Shown: piece by piece, positions 11,262-21,623 of the stretch | How positions within the stretch are numbered: position 1 is the stretch's first letter | How the letters are laid out: the number at the start of each line of letters is the position of its first letter | Source: Sedimentisphaerales bacterium | GTDB lineage: Bacteria > Planctomycetota > Phycisphaerae > Sedimentisphaerales > Anaerobacaceae | Direction: 5' to 3' | DNA length: 64,000 nt | Assembly: GCA_963708075.1 (NCBI GenBank) | Contig: OY970194.1 | Coordinates: forward strand, 1,568,001-1,632,000 | Notes under the pieces: generated by a model | What the model was told of the DNA's origin: nothing | Seen by the model: the letters and a program-made list of their open reading frames with translations, nothing else | The model's database searches: none | Program-made: the position numbers and the translations under genes

Positions 11262-12749
11262 ATGTATGAAAGACTGCTGAAAACGATAGGGAATCTTGGC
11301 TCGCCGAGGATTGTGGTCGTCGGCGACTTTGGGCTGGACGTGTACGTGTACGGCGACGCCGTGCGCATCAGTCCGGAGGCTCCCGTGCCGGTTCTCAAAG
11401 TGACGCAGACGGAGTACCGGTGCGGCGCAGCGGCGTCCGTGGCCGCCGACATCGCGGCTTTGGGGGCGACCGCCATCTGCATCGGCGTCATCGGGCAGGA
11501 CGGCCATGGCGAGATTCTCCGGGAAAAGCTGGTCGCGTGCGGGGCCGACACATCCGGACTCTTCGAAGTGCCCGGCCGCCCCACTATCACAAAACAAAGG
11601 CTCATCGGGCTGGCCCAGCACAGGCACAAGCAACAATTGCTGCGAATCGACCAGGAGGCGATAGAGCCCCTGCCTTCCGCCGTCGGTGACCAGATTCTGC
11701 AACATTACGAGCAGTGCCTGGCACAGGCGGATGTGGTGTGCCTGCAGGACTGCAACCAGGGCCTGTTGGGCCCGGCGATGTGCACCCGAATGATCGAGCT
11801 GGCGCGGGACGCCGGCCGCAAGGTGGTCGTCGATCCGGCCCTCGGCCGCGAGTACTCGCAGTATCGCGGCGCCACGCTGCTGACCCCCAATCGCCAGGAG
11901 GCCGCGGCCGCTGTGGGATTCGCCATAGAGACCCCCTCCGATGCAGCACGGGCCGCCCGACGGCTCCTCGATGACTTGGCGCTTGACGCCGCCGTGATCA
12001 CTCTGGACAAGGAGGGCGCATGGCTGGCGACAAAAGATGCGAATGAACTGGTGCCGGCCCGAGCGCGCAACGTCTATGACGTGACCGGCGCCGGCGATGT
12101 CATTCTGGCGACCCTGGCGGTGAGCCTGGCTGCTGATAGTGACTACCTGACCGCCCTGCATCTGGCCAACATGGCAGGTGGCATCGAAGTCGAGAAATTC
12201 GGGACAGCGACCGTGACCGTCTCGGAAATCGAGCATGAGATCGTCGCCCAGTACGGCGTCGGAAACACCAAGCTGCGGTCCCTCGACACCTTGCTGGAAG
12301 AGCTGAAATGGCGTCGCAGCCGGGGCCAGATGATCGTGTTCACCAATGGCTGCTTCGATGTGATCCACCGCGGGCACATCGATTACCTGCGGTTCTGCCG
12401 GGCCCAGGGCGACGTGGTCGTCGTCGGCCTCAACAGCGATAGTTCCGTCCGCGCCCTCAAGGGCCCGGAGCGGCCGATCAACAACCAGTACGACCGGGCT
12501 GCCGTCCTCTCGGGCCTGGAGACGGTTGACCTGATCACGATTTTCGACGATCCCAGCGTGCTGGGCCTCGTCAAGCAGGTCCGGCCGGATGTCCTGGTCA
12601 AGGGCGGCGACTGGGGCGGAAAGCAAGGCGTCGTCGGCTGGGAGTTCGTAGAATCCTACGGCGGCAAGGTGATGCTCGCCCCGCTCGTCGAAGGCAAAAG
12701 CTCGACCTCCACCATCGAGAAGATGAAGGCACTGAGGACCAAGACGTAA
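11262..12749 (+). CDS. hldE: Bifunctional heptose-7-phosphate kinase / heptose-1-phosphate adenylyltransferase
   Basis: RISPEAPVP, DVTGAGD, FTNGCFDVIHRGH, GLNSDSSV, KGGD. Confidence 0.95.
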   Translation: MYERLLKTIGNLGSPRIVVVGDFGLDVYVYGDAVRISPEAPVPVLKVTQTEYRCGAAASVAADIAALGATAICIGVIGQDGHGEILREKLVACGADTSGLFEVPGRPTITKQRLIGLAQHRHKQQLLRIDQEAIEPLPSAVGDQILQHYEQCLAQADVVCLQDCNQGLLGPAMCTRMIELARDAGRKVVVDPALGREYSQYRGATLLTPNRQEAAAAVGFAIETPSDAARAARRLLDDLALDAAVITLDKEGAWLATKDANELVPARARNVYDVTGAGDVILATLAVSLAADSDYLTALHLANMAGGIEVEKFGTATVTVSEIEHEIVAQYGVGNTKLRSLDTLLEELKWRRSRGQMIVFTNGCFDVIHRGHIDYLRFCRAQGDVVVVGLNSDSSVRALKGPERPINNQYDRAAVLSGLETVDLITIFDDPSVLGLVKQVRPDVLVKGGDWGGKQGVVGWEFVESYGGKVMLAPLVEGKSSTSTIEKMKALRTKT

Positions 12750-13329
12750 TGGGCGGCATCGACCAGAGCAGGATCCGGGAGACACTGGATACCCATAAGA
12801 AGATGGTGGCGGAGTTTGAGCGTTCGGCCATCGATGTCCTGATCGCTGCATCGGAAGCAGTCGTGGAGACCTTCCGGAAGGGCGGCACGCTGTACCTCTG
12901 CGGCAATGGAGGCTCGGCCGCCGATGCCCAACACATTGCGGGCGAGATGGTAGGCCGATTCAGAACGGAGCGGCGGGCCCTGCCGGCGATGGCCTTTTCC
13001 ACCGACACCTCGGTGCTGACCTGCGTGGCAAACGATTATTCCTACGATGACGTTTTTGCGCGCAGGCCGAGGCACATATCAAGCCGGGGGACGTCCTGTG
13101 GGGCCTGTCCACGAGCGGCGCCTCGCCCAACGTCCTCAAGGCCGCGGAGGTCGCAAAACGCAAAGGCGCCCGCGTCATCGCCTTCACTGGCAAAAAGGAC
13201 AGTAAACTGCAGTCGCTGGCCGATATATGTCTGTGTGCAGACGCGCAGGTGACGGCGCGAAGCCAGGAAATCCACCAACTGGCGTACCACATCATCTGCG
13301 ATCTCGTGGAACAGTGTTTCTGTGAATGA
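12749..13329 (+). CDS. gmhA: Phosphoheptose isomerase, frameshifted near 13063
   Basis: CGNGGSAADAQH..ANDYSY. Adding one base gives FARQAEAHIKPGDVLWGLSTSGASPNV..QEIH, ending at TGA 13329. Confidence 0.9.
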
Positions 13330-13344
13330 CGGGTGCACGAGGCT

Positions 13345-14286
13345 ATGTCAAATGCAGCAGTATTCTTCGATCGGGACGGGACGCTGATTCGCGATCCGGG
13401 CTACATCAGCCATCCCGACCAGGTGGAGCTGCTGGACGGCGCGGCCGAGGCCGTCAAGGAGATGCAGCTCCTGGGCTATAAGACGGTGGTCGTCTCCAAC
13501 CAGCCTGGTGTCGCCAAGGGAATCCTCACCGAAGAGACGCTCGAACAGATTCACCAGCGGCTGCGGGAGCTGATCGCTCATCACGGTGCATCGCTCGACG
13601 CCATCTACTACTGCCCCTTTCACCCGGACGGGGCGGTGCCAAAGTATCGCAAAGACAGCGATTGGCGCAAACCCAAGCCCGGCATGCTGCTGGCGGCAGC
13701 CGGCGAGATCGATATCGATCTGACGAGGTCCTGGGTCGTCGGGGACAGTCTCCGCGATACGGAGGCCGGCCGAAGCGCCGGGTGCAGGACGATTCTCATC
13801 AGCTCGGGCCACACGAGCCCCGAGACTACGGATAAGAACAGGCCGGACCATGTTGCTGTGAATGTGAGGGAAGCTGTGAATATCATCAAGAGGTACCACC
13901 GGTCCGGGCAGGATGCCCGCATCGTGCCTGTCTTCACCGAAAGAAATAATGCGGCGCCCGTCGCGGACTCGCCCGAGGGTGACGTGCAGCAGCAGGACGA
14001 AGCGATGAATCAACTGCCTGCCACGGAGCCAGCCGTGGAGGAAGTGCTGGCGGGCATTCTGGAGCAGCTCAAGCGGATGCAAAAGGCCGACATATTCAAC
14101 GAATTCTCGCTGATGAGGCTGCTGGCGGGCATCGTGCAAGTCTTCGTTCCGTTCTGCCTGCTCCTGGCCCTGTGGCTGCTGACGAGCTCAAACCAGGCGG
14201 GCACCAATGTCCTCGTGGCGCTGGGCTTTGGCGTCGTCCTGCAATTGATGGCTCTGACGTTCTACATCATGAATTGGCGCCGATGA
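13345..14286 (+). CDS. gmhB: Heptose 1,7-bisphosphate phosphatase (HAD IIIA) with a C-terminal membrane extension
   Basis: FFDRDGTL, VSNQ, YCPFHP, RKPKPGML, GDSLRD; two hydrophobic C-terminal helices. Confidence 0.85.
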   Translation: MSNAAVFFDRDGTLIRDPGYISHPDQVELLDGAAEAVKEMQLLGYKTVVVSNQPGVAKGILTEETLEQIHQRLRELIAHHGASLDAIYYCPFHPDGAVPKYRKDSDWRKPKPGMLLAAAGEIDIDLTRSWVVGDSLRDTEAGRSAGCRTILISSGHTSPETTDKNRPDHVAVNVREAVNIIKRYHRSGQDARIVPVFTERNNAAPVADSPEGDVQQQDEAMNQLPATEPAVEEVLAGILEQLKRMQKADIFNEFSLMRLLAGIVQVFVPFCLLLALWLLTSSNQAGTNVLVALGFGVVLQLMALTFYIMNWRR

Positions 14287-14332
14287 CACGTGCAGCTTGC
14301 CGAGTCCGCCGTGATGGCGGAGATTGCGGGTG

Positions 14333-15382
14333 ATGGCACCGAAGCTTACAGAGATTGAGACACTGGCCATTCGCTGCCCGAACTGGGTGGGCGACATCGT
14401 CATGGCTACGCCCGTGTTCGATTGCCTGCGCACCAATCTGCCACACACGAGAATCATCGGCGTGCTCAAGCGAAGCGCTCGCGGGATCGTGAACGACGGC
14501 CCGTGGTTTGACGGGCTTGTCGACGGTAACGATAAATCGTGGGCTGATTTTCGCCGCATGCGGGAGCAACTTCGGACATGGTCACCGGACGCCGCTATCC
14601 TGCTGACCAACTCGATGCGGTCCGCGCTGACGATCCGACTGAGCGGTGTCCGCCGATTGTATGGCTACCGCCGCCAGTGGCGGGACGTGCTTCTGGCGGG
14701 CGGCCCGACGCCCATGCGTAATGGCCAGGGGGTTGTCCGACGCCCCATGATCGAGTATTATCTGGAGATCTGCCGCTGGCTCGGGCTTGATGTCCCGGAG
14801 CACCCGAGGCCCACGCTGTATATCGGGCAGGAGCTGCGCCGGCGGGCAGAGGCGATGCTGCAAAAGTACGGCATCGCAGAAACCGATTTCCTCGTGGGCA
14901 TGAATCCCGGGGCGAGCTTCGGATCGTCCAAGTGCTGGCCCGCGGAGTACTTCGCCGAGTTGGCCGGCCTGTGCCGGAGAAACCTGAGGGCAAAGGTGAT
15001 CCTGTTTGGTGGTCCGGGTGAGGAGGAGATCCTCCGGGCCATTCGGAACCGGGCGCAAGCCGATGTTATCGACATGCGGCCGGACGAGATCGATCTTGAG
15101 ATGCTCAAGCCGATGGTAAAACGATGCAACCTGTTCATTACGAACGACACGGGCCCGCGCCATTACGCGGTCGCGTTCGACGTCCCGGCCGTCGTGATCA
15201 TGGGACCGACGGACCCGCGGTACACGAACGCGAACCTGGAGCGCACCATCGTCGTGCGGAAGGAATTGGATTGCTCGCCCTGCCACAAGAAGGTCTGTCC
15301 CCGGGGACACGAGTGTATGAGAGAAATCCGGCCCGCCGAGGTCTTCACGGCGGCGGAGCGATTGTTGAATGCGTGCAGATGA
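14333..15382 (+). CDS. waaF: LPS heptosyltransferase II (GT9)
   Basis: PNWVGDIVMA, NPGASFGSSKCWP, TNDTGPRHYA, CSPCHKKVCP. Confidence 0.85.
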   Translation: MAPKLTEIETLAIRCPNWVGDIVMATPVFDCLRTNLPHTRIIGVLKRSARGIVNDGPWFDGLVDGNDKSWADFRRMREQLRTWSPDAAILLTNSMRSALTIRLSGVRRLYGYRRQWRDVLLAGGPTPMRNGQGVVRRPMIEYYLEICRWLGLDVPEHPRPTLYIGQELRRRAEAMLQKYGIAETDFLVGMNPGASFGSSKCWPAEYFAELAGLCRRNLRAKVILFGGPGEEEILRAIRNRAQADVIDMRPDEIDLEMLKPMVKRCNLFITNDTGPRHYAVAFDVPAVVIMGPTDPRYTNANLERTIVVRKELDCSPCHKKVCPRGHECMREIRPAEVFTAAERLLNACR

Positions 15383-15383
15383 C

Positions 15384-16958
15384 ATGGACCCTGCGATCTA
15401 CAGAAAAAAGTGGCTGAAGCTTCGGGAAAGCCGGACGGATGCGGAAGAGCTGCATCCATTGGCCCGGCAGATCGCCTTCTCCTTTATCGACAAGTATTTT
15501 CAGAGCGGCATGTACATCGGCGGGTATATCGACCTGCTCTGCGAGATGGCCACAGTCTACTCGGCGGGCGATCTGGGCAACATCGCATCGAGCGCCCTGT
15601 TCGAGATCATCGTGGAGAAGCTCTGCGACGATTTCGAAGAGCTGCCCATCGAGGTGTACAGCCGGGTCATGTGCCAGGTGATTTCGCATTGCCGGAAGGT
15701 CCCCGCAGGGAAGAGCCTCGACCGCCAGTTGACCGACTTTGGCATCACTTCTTTCGACCAGTTGTACAGGCGCGCGATCGACACTCACGCGCGGCAGTAC
15801 CGCTACGACAGCGGCAAGGCCCCGCGAAAGGTCATCCTGCTGTCCAGGGTGACCCTCGGGGCGGATGTCGCCATCCTGAGCGTAATGATTCAGCATCTGC
15901 GGCGGCTGTTTCCGAAAGCCGAAATCGTCATCGTCGGCAGCCGGAAACTCTGCGGCCTCTTCGGCGGCAACGCCGACCTGCGCATCCGGGAGCTGGCGTA
16001 CGCCCGCCGTGGAGGGCTCTTCGAGCGATTCGGCAGTTGGCATGCGACCCTGGAGGCTTTGCAGGATGAAGCGGCTGACGGCGGCGAGAAGGACATCCTC
16101 GTGATTGATCCGGATTCGCGAATCTCGCAGCTTGGCGTCCTGCCGATGATGCATGTCGGTCGCTACTTGTTCCTCAATACGCGGCACCACATGCTGTCCT
16201 CCACCGGCCGGTGCATGGCCGAATGGACCAATGACTGGATGAACGCAGTATTCGGGACGGATCACTTTTGCTATCCGACGGTGTGGGTGCCGGATGCGTT
16301 CATGAGCGAGGCCGGGAGGAGGATCGATTCGCTGCGGGCGGCCGGCGCTCGCTGGATCATCGCCATGAACCTGGGCGTGGGCCAGAATCCGAGGAAACGC
16401 GTCGGCCTGGAATTTGAGAAGCGGCTGCTGCGCACGCTCGTCGCCGTGCCCGGCACCGTGGTCATTCTCGACACCGGCTTTGGCGCCGACGAGGTCGAGC
16501 GAGCCGCCCTGCTTGCCGCCGATGCCCGCGAGTGCGGATTTGCCGCCAGTGAAACGACGTTCGCTGCCATGGACTCCATCGCACTATCCCACGGGGTGAT
16601 TACCGTAGGGTGCGGCATCGGCCAGATGGCGGCACTGATCGCGCACAGCGACGAGTACATTGGCTATGACTCGGCGTGTCAGCATATCGCCGCGGCCTCA
16701 CGGACGCCGACACTGACGATATTCGCCGGCAGCAACAATGAGAATTTCGTCCGCCGCTGGAGCGCGTGCGGGGACACCGACTGCCGGATCGTACACGTGG
16801 ACACGCTGGCCCACCCCGGGCATATCGCCGTGGATGAGGTCATTGCACGGATCATGCAGGAACGAGCCGGCAGAGATCGCAGACCGCCCACGCGCGTTCA
16901 GGAAGTGCACACGACTCGTCATCCCGACGAGCCTGCGCGGGAACCTACACAGAAATAG
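15384..16958 (+). CDS. GT9-family glycosyltransferase with an N-terminal extension
   Basis: LSRVTLGADV and YIGYDSACQHIAAA GT9-like motifs. Confidence 0.7.
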   Translation: MDPAIYRKKWLKLRESRTDAEELHPLARQIAFSFIDKYFQSGMYIGGYIDLLCEMATVYSAGDLGNIASSALFEIIVEKLCDDFEELPIEVYSRVMCQVISHCRKVPAGKSLDRQLTDFGITSFDQLYRRAIDTHARQYRYDSGKAPRKVILLSRVTLGADVAILSVMIQHLRRLFPKAEIVIVGSRKLCGLFGGNADLRIRELAYARRGGLFERFGSWHATLEALQDEAADGGEKDILVIDPDSRISQLGVLPMMHVGRYLFLNTRHHMLSSTGRCMAEWTNDWMNAVFGTDHFCYPTVWVPDAFMSEAGRRIDSLRAAGARWIIAMNLGVGQNPRKRVGLEFEKRLLRTLVAVPGTVVILDTGFGADEVERAALLAADARECGFAASETTFAAMDSIALSHGVITVGCGIGQMAALIAHSDEYIGYDSACQHIAAASRTPTLTIFAGSNNENFVRRWSACGDTDCRIVHVDTLAHPGHIAVDEVIARIMQERAGRDRRPPTRVQEVHTTRHPDEPAREPTQK

Positions 16959-16977
16959 GTATCTGATCCGGACCACG

Positions 16978-18495
16978 ATGAAGGTATTCTTCATATACCC
17001 GTCAACCGATTCCCAGGTGGGCTTCAACTACGGCGTCGCTCACATGGCCGCGATCCTGAAAAGGGCCGGGCACGATGTGGCGTTCTGGCAATTGTGTGAG
17101 GAGATCGAGCCGTTGCCGACGGAGTCGCAGTTCATCGAGCGGATCGCTCGGGAGAAGCCGGATATCCTCGCGTTCTCTGTCGTGACAAACCAGTGGACAT
17201 ACACCCAGACGCTGGCCAAGTGGGCCCGGCCGCGATTCAAGGTCCCTTTCGTTCTCGGCGGCGTCCACGCGCTGGCGAACGCGGAAGAGATTCTCGGGAC
17301 CGGCCTGTTCGACTATGTCTTTCGCGGTGAATGCGAGGACGCGTTCCCACAGTTTGTAGATGCTCTGCAGCGAGGTCAGAGTGTTCAGGCCGTGCCGAAT
17401 CTCGCCTGCGTGGAAGACGGCCGGATCAGGATCAATCCCGTCGGCCCCCTGCCCGAGCTGACCGAATTGCCGCTGAAGGACTACGAGAGTATGGATTTTC
17501 AGCGGCTGATCGATGCCAAGAACGGCTGGGTCGGCCTCATGGCCTCGCGAGGATGTCCCTTCTCCTGCACGTACTGCTTCAATCACGTCATGGTCGAGGC
17601 GTACAAGGAGGATCTGCACTGCGGGTTCAAAGATCTCCGCTACATCCGCCGGTTCAACGTCGGCCAGATGATCGGGGAAATCGAGTATCTGCTGAAGAAT
17701 TACCGCAACATCCGCACGTTCATCTTCGACGACGACCTGTTCACGTTCGACAAGGCGTATGTCCGCGAGTTCTGCGAGGCCTATCGCAGGGTGACGACAA
17801 TCCCGTTCGTCGTCAACGCGCACGTGGGTTTCTTCGACGATGAATGCGCGGGCCTCCTGGCGGCAGCGAATTGCCGGATTGTGAAGTTCGGTGTCGAGTC
17901 GGGCAGCCCGGAGGTCCGCCGGACGATCCTCAACCGCCACATGAGCAATGAGAGCATCGTCGAGGCGATTGCCGCCGTCGAGCGGCATGGGATGCACAGC
18001 TCCGTATTCGTGATCATCGGTTTTCCTCACGAGGGCCGGGAGGACGTATTCGACACGGTCCGCTTGCTCGGACAGGCCCGGCCCGGGCGATTCCGCTGGA
18101 CGTACTTCTTCCCCTTCCCCGGCACGCGGGCGCACCAGATCAGTCTCGAAGGCGGATACATCAATACGGAGAAGATGGAGAGCCTTCACAATTTCACCGA
18201 CGAGTCGTGCCTGGAATTCGGCGAGGAGCACAACTTCCTGCTGAAGAAGATCGGCCGGATCATGCCCTGGTTCGTCAATGCATACTCCGGCCTGCCAACG
18301 GCGGACTTCTACAGAGCCAGGGCGGAAGAGGTCCTGCAGATGGACGAGACGGAGTGGCAGCATGCGGCGGCCGGTCTGCGGGAGCGGGATGCGGAATACT
18401 CGCGGCGATTTTGCTCGCAGGGCCTGTCCCACTATGCGATCAAGTACAATCGGTTCATGGGCGTGATCTCCGACTACTTCCTGAACGAGGCGTGA
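16978..18495 (+). CDS. Cobalamin-binding radical SAM protein
   Basis: GVAHMAAIL..LGGVHA..GECE B12 domain; SRGCPFSCTYC; FDDDLF; FGVESGS. Confidence 0.9.
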   Translation: MKVFFIYPSTDSQVGFNYGVAHMAAILKRAGHDVAFWQLCEEIEPLPTESQFIERIAREKPDILAFSVVTNQWTYTQTLAKWARPRFKVPFVLGGVHALANAEEILGTGLFDYVFRGECEDAFPQFVDALQRGQSVQAVPNLACVEDGRIRINPVGPLPELTELPLKDYESMDFQRLIDAKNGWVGLMASRGCPFSCTYCFNHVMVEAYKEDLHCGFKDLRYIRRFNVGQMIGEIEYLLKNYRNIRTFIFDDDLFTFDKAYVREFCEAYRRVTTIPFVVNAHVGFFDDECAGLLAAANCRIVKFGVESGSPEVRRTILNRHMSNESIVEAIAAVERHGMHSSVFVIIGFPHEGREDVFDTVRLLGQARPGRFRWTYFFPFPGTRAHQISLEGGYINTEKMESLHNFTDESCLEFGEEHNFLLKKIGRIMPWFVNAYSGLPTADFYRARAEEVLQMDETEWQHAAAGLRERDAEYSRRFCSQGLSHYAIKYNRFMGVISDYFLNEA

Positions 18496-19439
18496 CAACG
18501 GTTCAGGACATGAGGCCTGGAATGGCATTGGCAACACCTTCGAAACCGAGCCCGACGATCCGATGCGACCTCGCAGGGGCATCGCCGTCCTTCCTCGTTT
18601 CCGAGCCCTTCCGGAAGCCGCTCGCCGCACTCGGGCTGACCTCCCTCGATGCGGTCTTCCGCTTCGACGGAGCCCGCGACCTGGCTAAGCCCAACATCGG
18701 GCGATTTCGCCGAAGGCTCCAATTCGAGGTTGTGCCCGTCGGCTCGGACAGTCCGGTGAAAGTGTACCTCAAGCGATACAGCCGGCCCCCGCTTCTCGGG
18801 CAAGTGCGCAACTGGCTTTCCCACCACCGGCGAAGGAGCTTTGCCCGAATGGAGCACGAGGCCGCCGACCGCCTGGCGGCCGCCGGAATCAACACGCCGC
18901 GCACCATCGCCTGTGGGGAGCAGTGGCAGACCCTCTTCGAACATAGAAGCTTCCTGATGACAGAAGAGGTCAGGGATTCCCGGTCGCTCGAATCACAACT
19001 GCCGCCATGCTTTCAAGGTCCGCTGACTATCGAGAAGCGACACGCTCGCCGCGATTTCATCCGCCGGCTCGCCTCGTTCATCAGGCGATTCCACGAGACA
19101 GGCTATCGCCACCGCGACCTTTACCTGTCACATATTTTCTGTTCGAGTGAGGGTGAATTCTGCCTGATCGACCTGGCGAGGGCGTCGCGGCCCTTCCTGC
19201 GGCAACGCTTCCGGATAAAGGATATTGCACAGCTTCACTACTCGTCGCCCGCGGAATCCGTCACGCGGGCCGACAGGCTGCGATTCTATCTCGTGTACAC
19301 GGGCCGTCGCAGACTCCTGCCGCAAGATAAGGCGTTCATCCGCAAAGTCATCCGGAAGGCACACCGAATGGCACGTCACAACCGCAAACGAGGCAATCCC
19401 ATCCCATTCCTTGGACATGCCACGGGCGAGAGACAATGA
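18492..19439 (+). CDS. LPS core kinase (WaaP/InaA/Kdo-kinase family)
   Basis: VYLKRY, HRDLYLSHI, LIDLARA, KDIAQLHYS; GTG start overlaps the upstream TGA. Confidence 0.85.
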   Translation: MTTVQDMRPGMALATPSKPSPTIRCDLAGASPSFLVSEPFRKPLAALGLTSLDAVFRFDGARDLAKPNIGRFRRRLQFEVVPVGSDSPVKVYLKRYSRPPLLGQVRNWLSHHRRRSFARMEHEAADRLAAAGINTPRTIACGEQWQTLFEHRSFLMTEEVRDSRSLESQLPPCFQGPLTIEKRHARRDFIRRLASFIRRFHETGYRHRDLYLSHIFCSSEGEFCLIDLARASRPFLRQRFRIKDIAQLHYSSPAESVTRADRLRFYLVYTGRRRLLPQDKAFIRKVIRKAHRMARHNRKRGNPIPFLGHATGERQ

Positions 19440-20623
19440 TCAAGAAAGTTGCCATCATCATCGAACGTGCCGACGTCTCCCTGGGAGGAGCCGAGCGGTC
19501 CATGTTCGAGGTGGCAAACGCCCTTTCGTCGATGGGGTTACAGGTCGATCTTCTCGCGGCCAAGGGGCAGGCGACAGCCCCGAACGTTCACATCCTATGC
19601 TCCGACGTTCCGGAAGAGCGAGTGAGTCTGCTCGTTTTCGCCGAGGCATTGGGGCGACACATTCCCCCGGCCGGCTACGACATCGTTCACAGCGTTTTGC
19701 CTTTCGCCGGCGTGGATCTGTACCAACCGCGAGGCGGCACGTATGCCGAGTCGGCCTTGCGCAACGCGGCCAGCTACCCGAACCCTCTTGTCCGCCGCTG
19801 GAAGCGAATGACAGCCTTCGCCAACCGCCGACGGGCGAAGCTGCTGCGTGCCGAGTACCGATGCTGTCACGGCGCAAAGGGGCCGATGATCTCTGCCCTA
19901 TCGAGCTACGTGGTCGAGCAGCTCCAGCAGCACTACGCCACAGACCCCGGGCGAATCGTCCGGATGCTCAATGGCGTCGATACCGACCGGCCCATCGACA
20001 CAAGCATCATGAAGGACTTTCGTTCGCAGGTCCTCGCCCGATTGGGCATCCAGGGGGCACAGGAGCCGGTGCTGTTCCTGTTTGCGGCCAACAACTTCCG
20101 TCTCAAGGGCCTGTACCCGCTGATTCAGGCGATGCAGGTCGCCGGCAAGGCAGGGACGGAGCGTCCCGCTTGCCTGCTCGTGGCAGGGACGGGCAGAAGC
20201 GACAGATACCGCAGGCTCGCAAGACGCGTGGGCGTTGAAGATCGCATCCTGTTCCTGGGCTCGGTCCAGGACATTGGCAGTGTCCTGCCGGCAATCGACG
20301 TGGGAGTCCTGCCCACGTTCTACGATCCTTCCAGCCGGTTCATCCTGGAGGCTTTGGCTGCCGGCAAACCGGTCGTCACCACGCGGTTCAACGGCGCCAC
20401 TGACCATTTTACCGATGGCCGGCACGGCAAGGTGATCGACTCACCCGACAATATCGCGGCCCTGGCGGGCGCCATCCGCCATTATACAGGCACGGCCAAT
20501 ATCGAGAGGGCCTCCCAGGCGATTGCGGACGACAACCTGAGGGCGAATATCTCCGTCCGTCGCGTCGCCCGGGACCTGCTTGGCCTGTATGAGTCCATCC
20601 TCACGCGCAAGGAACGTGCGTGA
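19436..20623 (+). CDS. GT4 glycosyltransferase (WaaG-like)
   Basis: GGAER, NNFRLKG, PTFYDP..LEALAAGKPVVTT. Confidence 0.9.
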   Translation: MIKKVAIIIERADVSLGGAERSMFEVANALSSMGLQVDLLAAKGQATAPNVHILCSDVPEERVSLLVFAEALGRHIPPAGYDIVHSVLPFAGVDLYQPRGGTYAESALRNAASYPNPLVRRWKRMTAFANRRRAKLLRAEYRCCHGAKGPMISALSSYVVEQLQQHYATDPGRIVRMLNGVDTDRPIDTSIMKDFRSQVLARLGIQGAQEPVLFLFAANNFRLKGLYPLIQAMQVAGKAGTERPACLLVAGTGRSDRYRRLARRVGVEDRILFLGSVQDIGSVLPAIDVGVLPTFYDPSSRFILEALAAGKPVVTTRFNGATDHFTDGRHGKVIDSPDNIAALAGAIRHYTGTANIERASQAIADDNLRANISVRRVARDLLGLYESILTRKERA

Positions 20624-20663
20624 TATCTGCCACCTGACCTGCAGGACCAACCTCAGGAATCGC

Positions 20664-21503
20664 TCACCTGTCCAGAGCGTCGTCGGTCGCCAGACTCCTG
20701 GCGAGAGGCGAGTTGAACAACCGACGCAGTCTTCGTTCTGATTTCTGCTGGGCACGCCGGTGGTTCAGCCGGCGCTGCTCGGGGTGCAGGGCGGCCGTCG
20801 CGTGGGCGAGATGCACCACGTATTGCATCATCTCCGCCGTCGGGATCACCTCGGCTCGGTATCCGTGCTCCTTGAGTTGATAGTACATCTGCTCGCCGGT
20901 GGTGTAGCCGGCCCAGCGATCGACACCATTGAACCGCAGGCCGGACTCCCGTATCGGGGCCGACCGATACATCGCACAATAGTCACGGGGGCAGAGCTCC
21001 CGCTTCAATTGCCGAACCTTTTGATCACCAAGGAAGATGCGCCGGAGCCAGAGCTTTGCCTTCTTTATATCCGTGATCCTCTTGGTGCACTTCAGGATAG
21101 GGTTTCGCAACTCCAGCTTCCAAGCCCCGGATGCCGCACACTGGGGATCGGCCTCCAAAGGGGCCATGAGCCGCTCCAGCCAGTTGGGGTGTTTGACAAT
21201 GGTGTCGGTATGCATGGTCACGAAGTACTCTGTGCGGCTGGCGGCAAAGCCGATATCGAGCGCCGTGATGAACGCCAGCACCCAGTTCTCCGGCACATCG
21301 GTTCCCCGTTCGATCAGCCGAATCCAGGGCAGGCTCCTTAGATAACTCAGCGATTCATCCTTGGAACCGTTATCTACGACGATCACCTCATGGGGAACGT
21401 TCCGCGTATGCCTGCGTATTGCACGCAGACAGAGCATCGCCAGTTCCTTCACCTGCCACTGCGGGATACAGATCGTGACTCGTGGTTTCTGCTCCACGTC
21501 CAT
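20664..21503 (-). CDS. GT2 glycosyltransferase
   Basis: VTICIP..EVIVVDNGSKD..MHTD. Confidence 0.85.
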   Translation of the reverse strand: MDVEQKPRVTICIPQWQVKELAMLCLRAIRRHTRNVPHEVIVVDNGSKDESLSYLRSLPWIRLIERGTDVPENWVLAFITALDIGFAASRTEYFVTMHTDTIVKHPNWLERLMAPLEADPQCAASGAWKLELRNPILKCTKRITDIKKAKLWLRRIFLGDQKVRQLKRELCPRDYCAMYRSAPIRESGLRFNGVDRWAGYTTGEQMYYQLKEHGYRAEVIPTAEMMQYVVHLAHATAALHPEQRRLNHRRAQQKSERRLRRLFNSPLARSLATDDALDR

Positions 21504-21623
21504 TGGCGTACTCCGTGTTCGTCCTTTCAAAAGTGACATTCTACGGCCCTTCATCGCTCCTTGCCAGCGATCAGTTTTTTCTTGCCGCAGGCAGCGCAGA
21601 GATTAGAATCTCGCATACCACAC

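Noticed and set aside
2975..13070. True pseudogenisation of the beta-helix gene and gmhA
   Set aside because: Each has one single-base deletion with both halves otherwise undecayed, in a window with many similar indels; sequencing error is more likely, though unproven.
8236..18630. Long minus-strand ORFs (8236-9420, 11127-12851, 17002-18630)
   Set aside because: They lie opposite well-supported icd, hldE and radical SAM genes.
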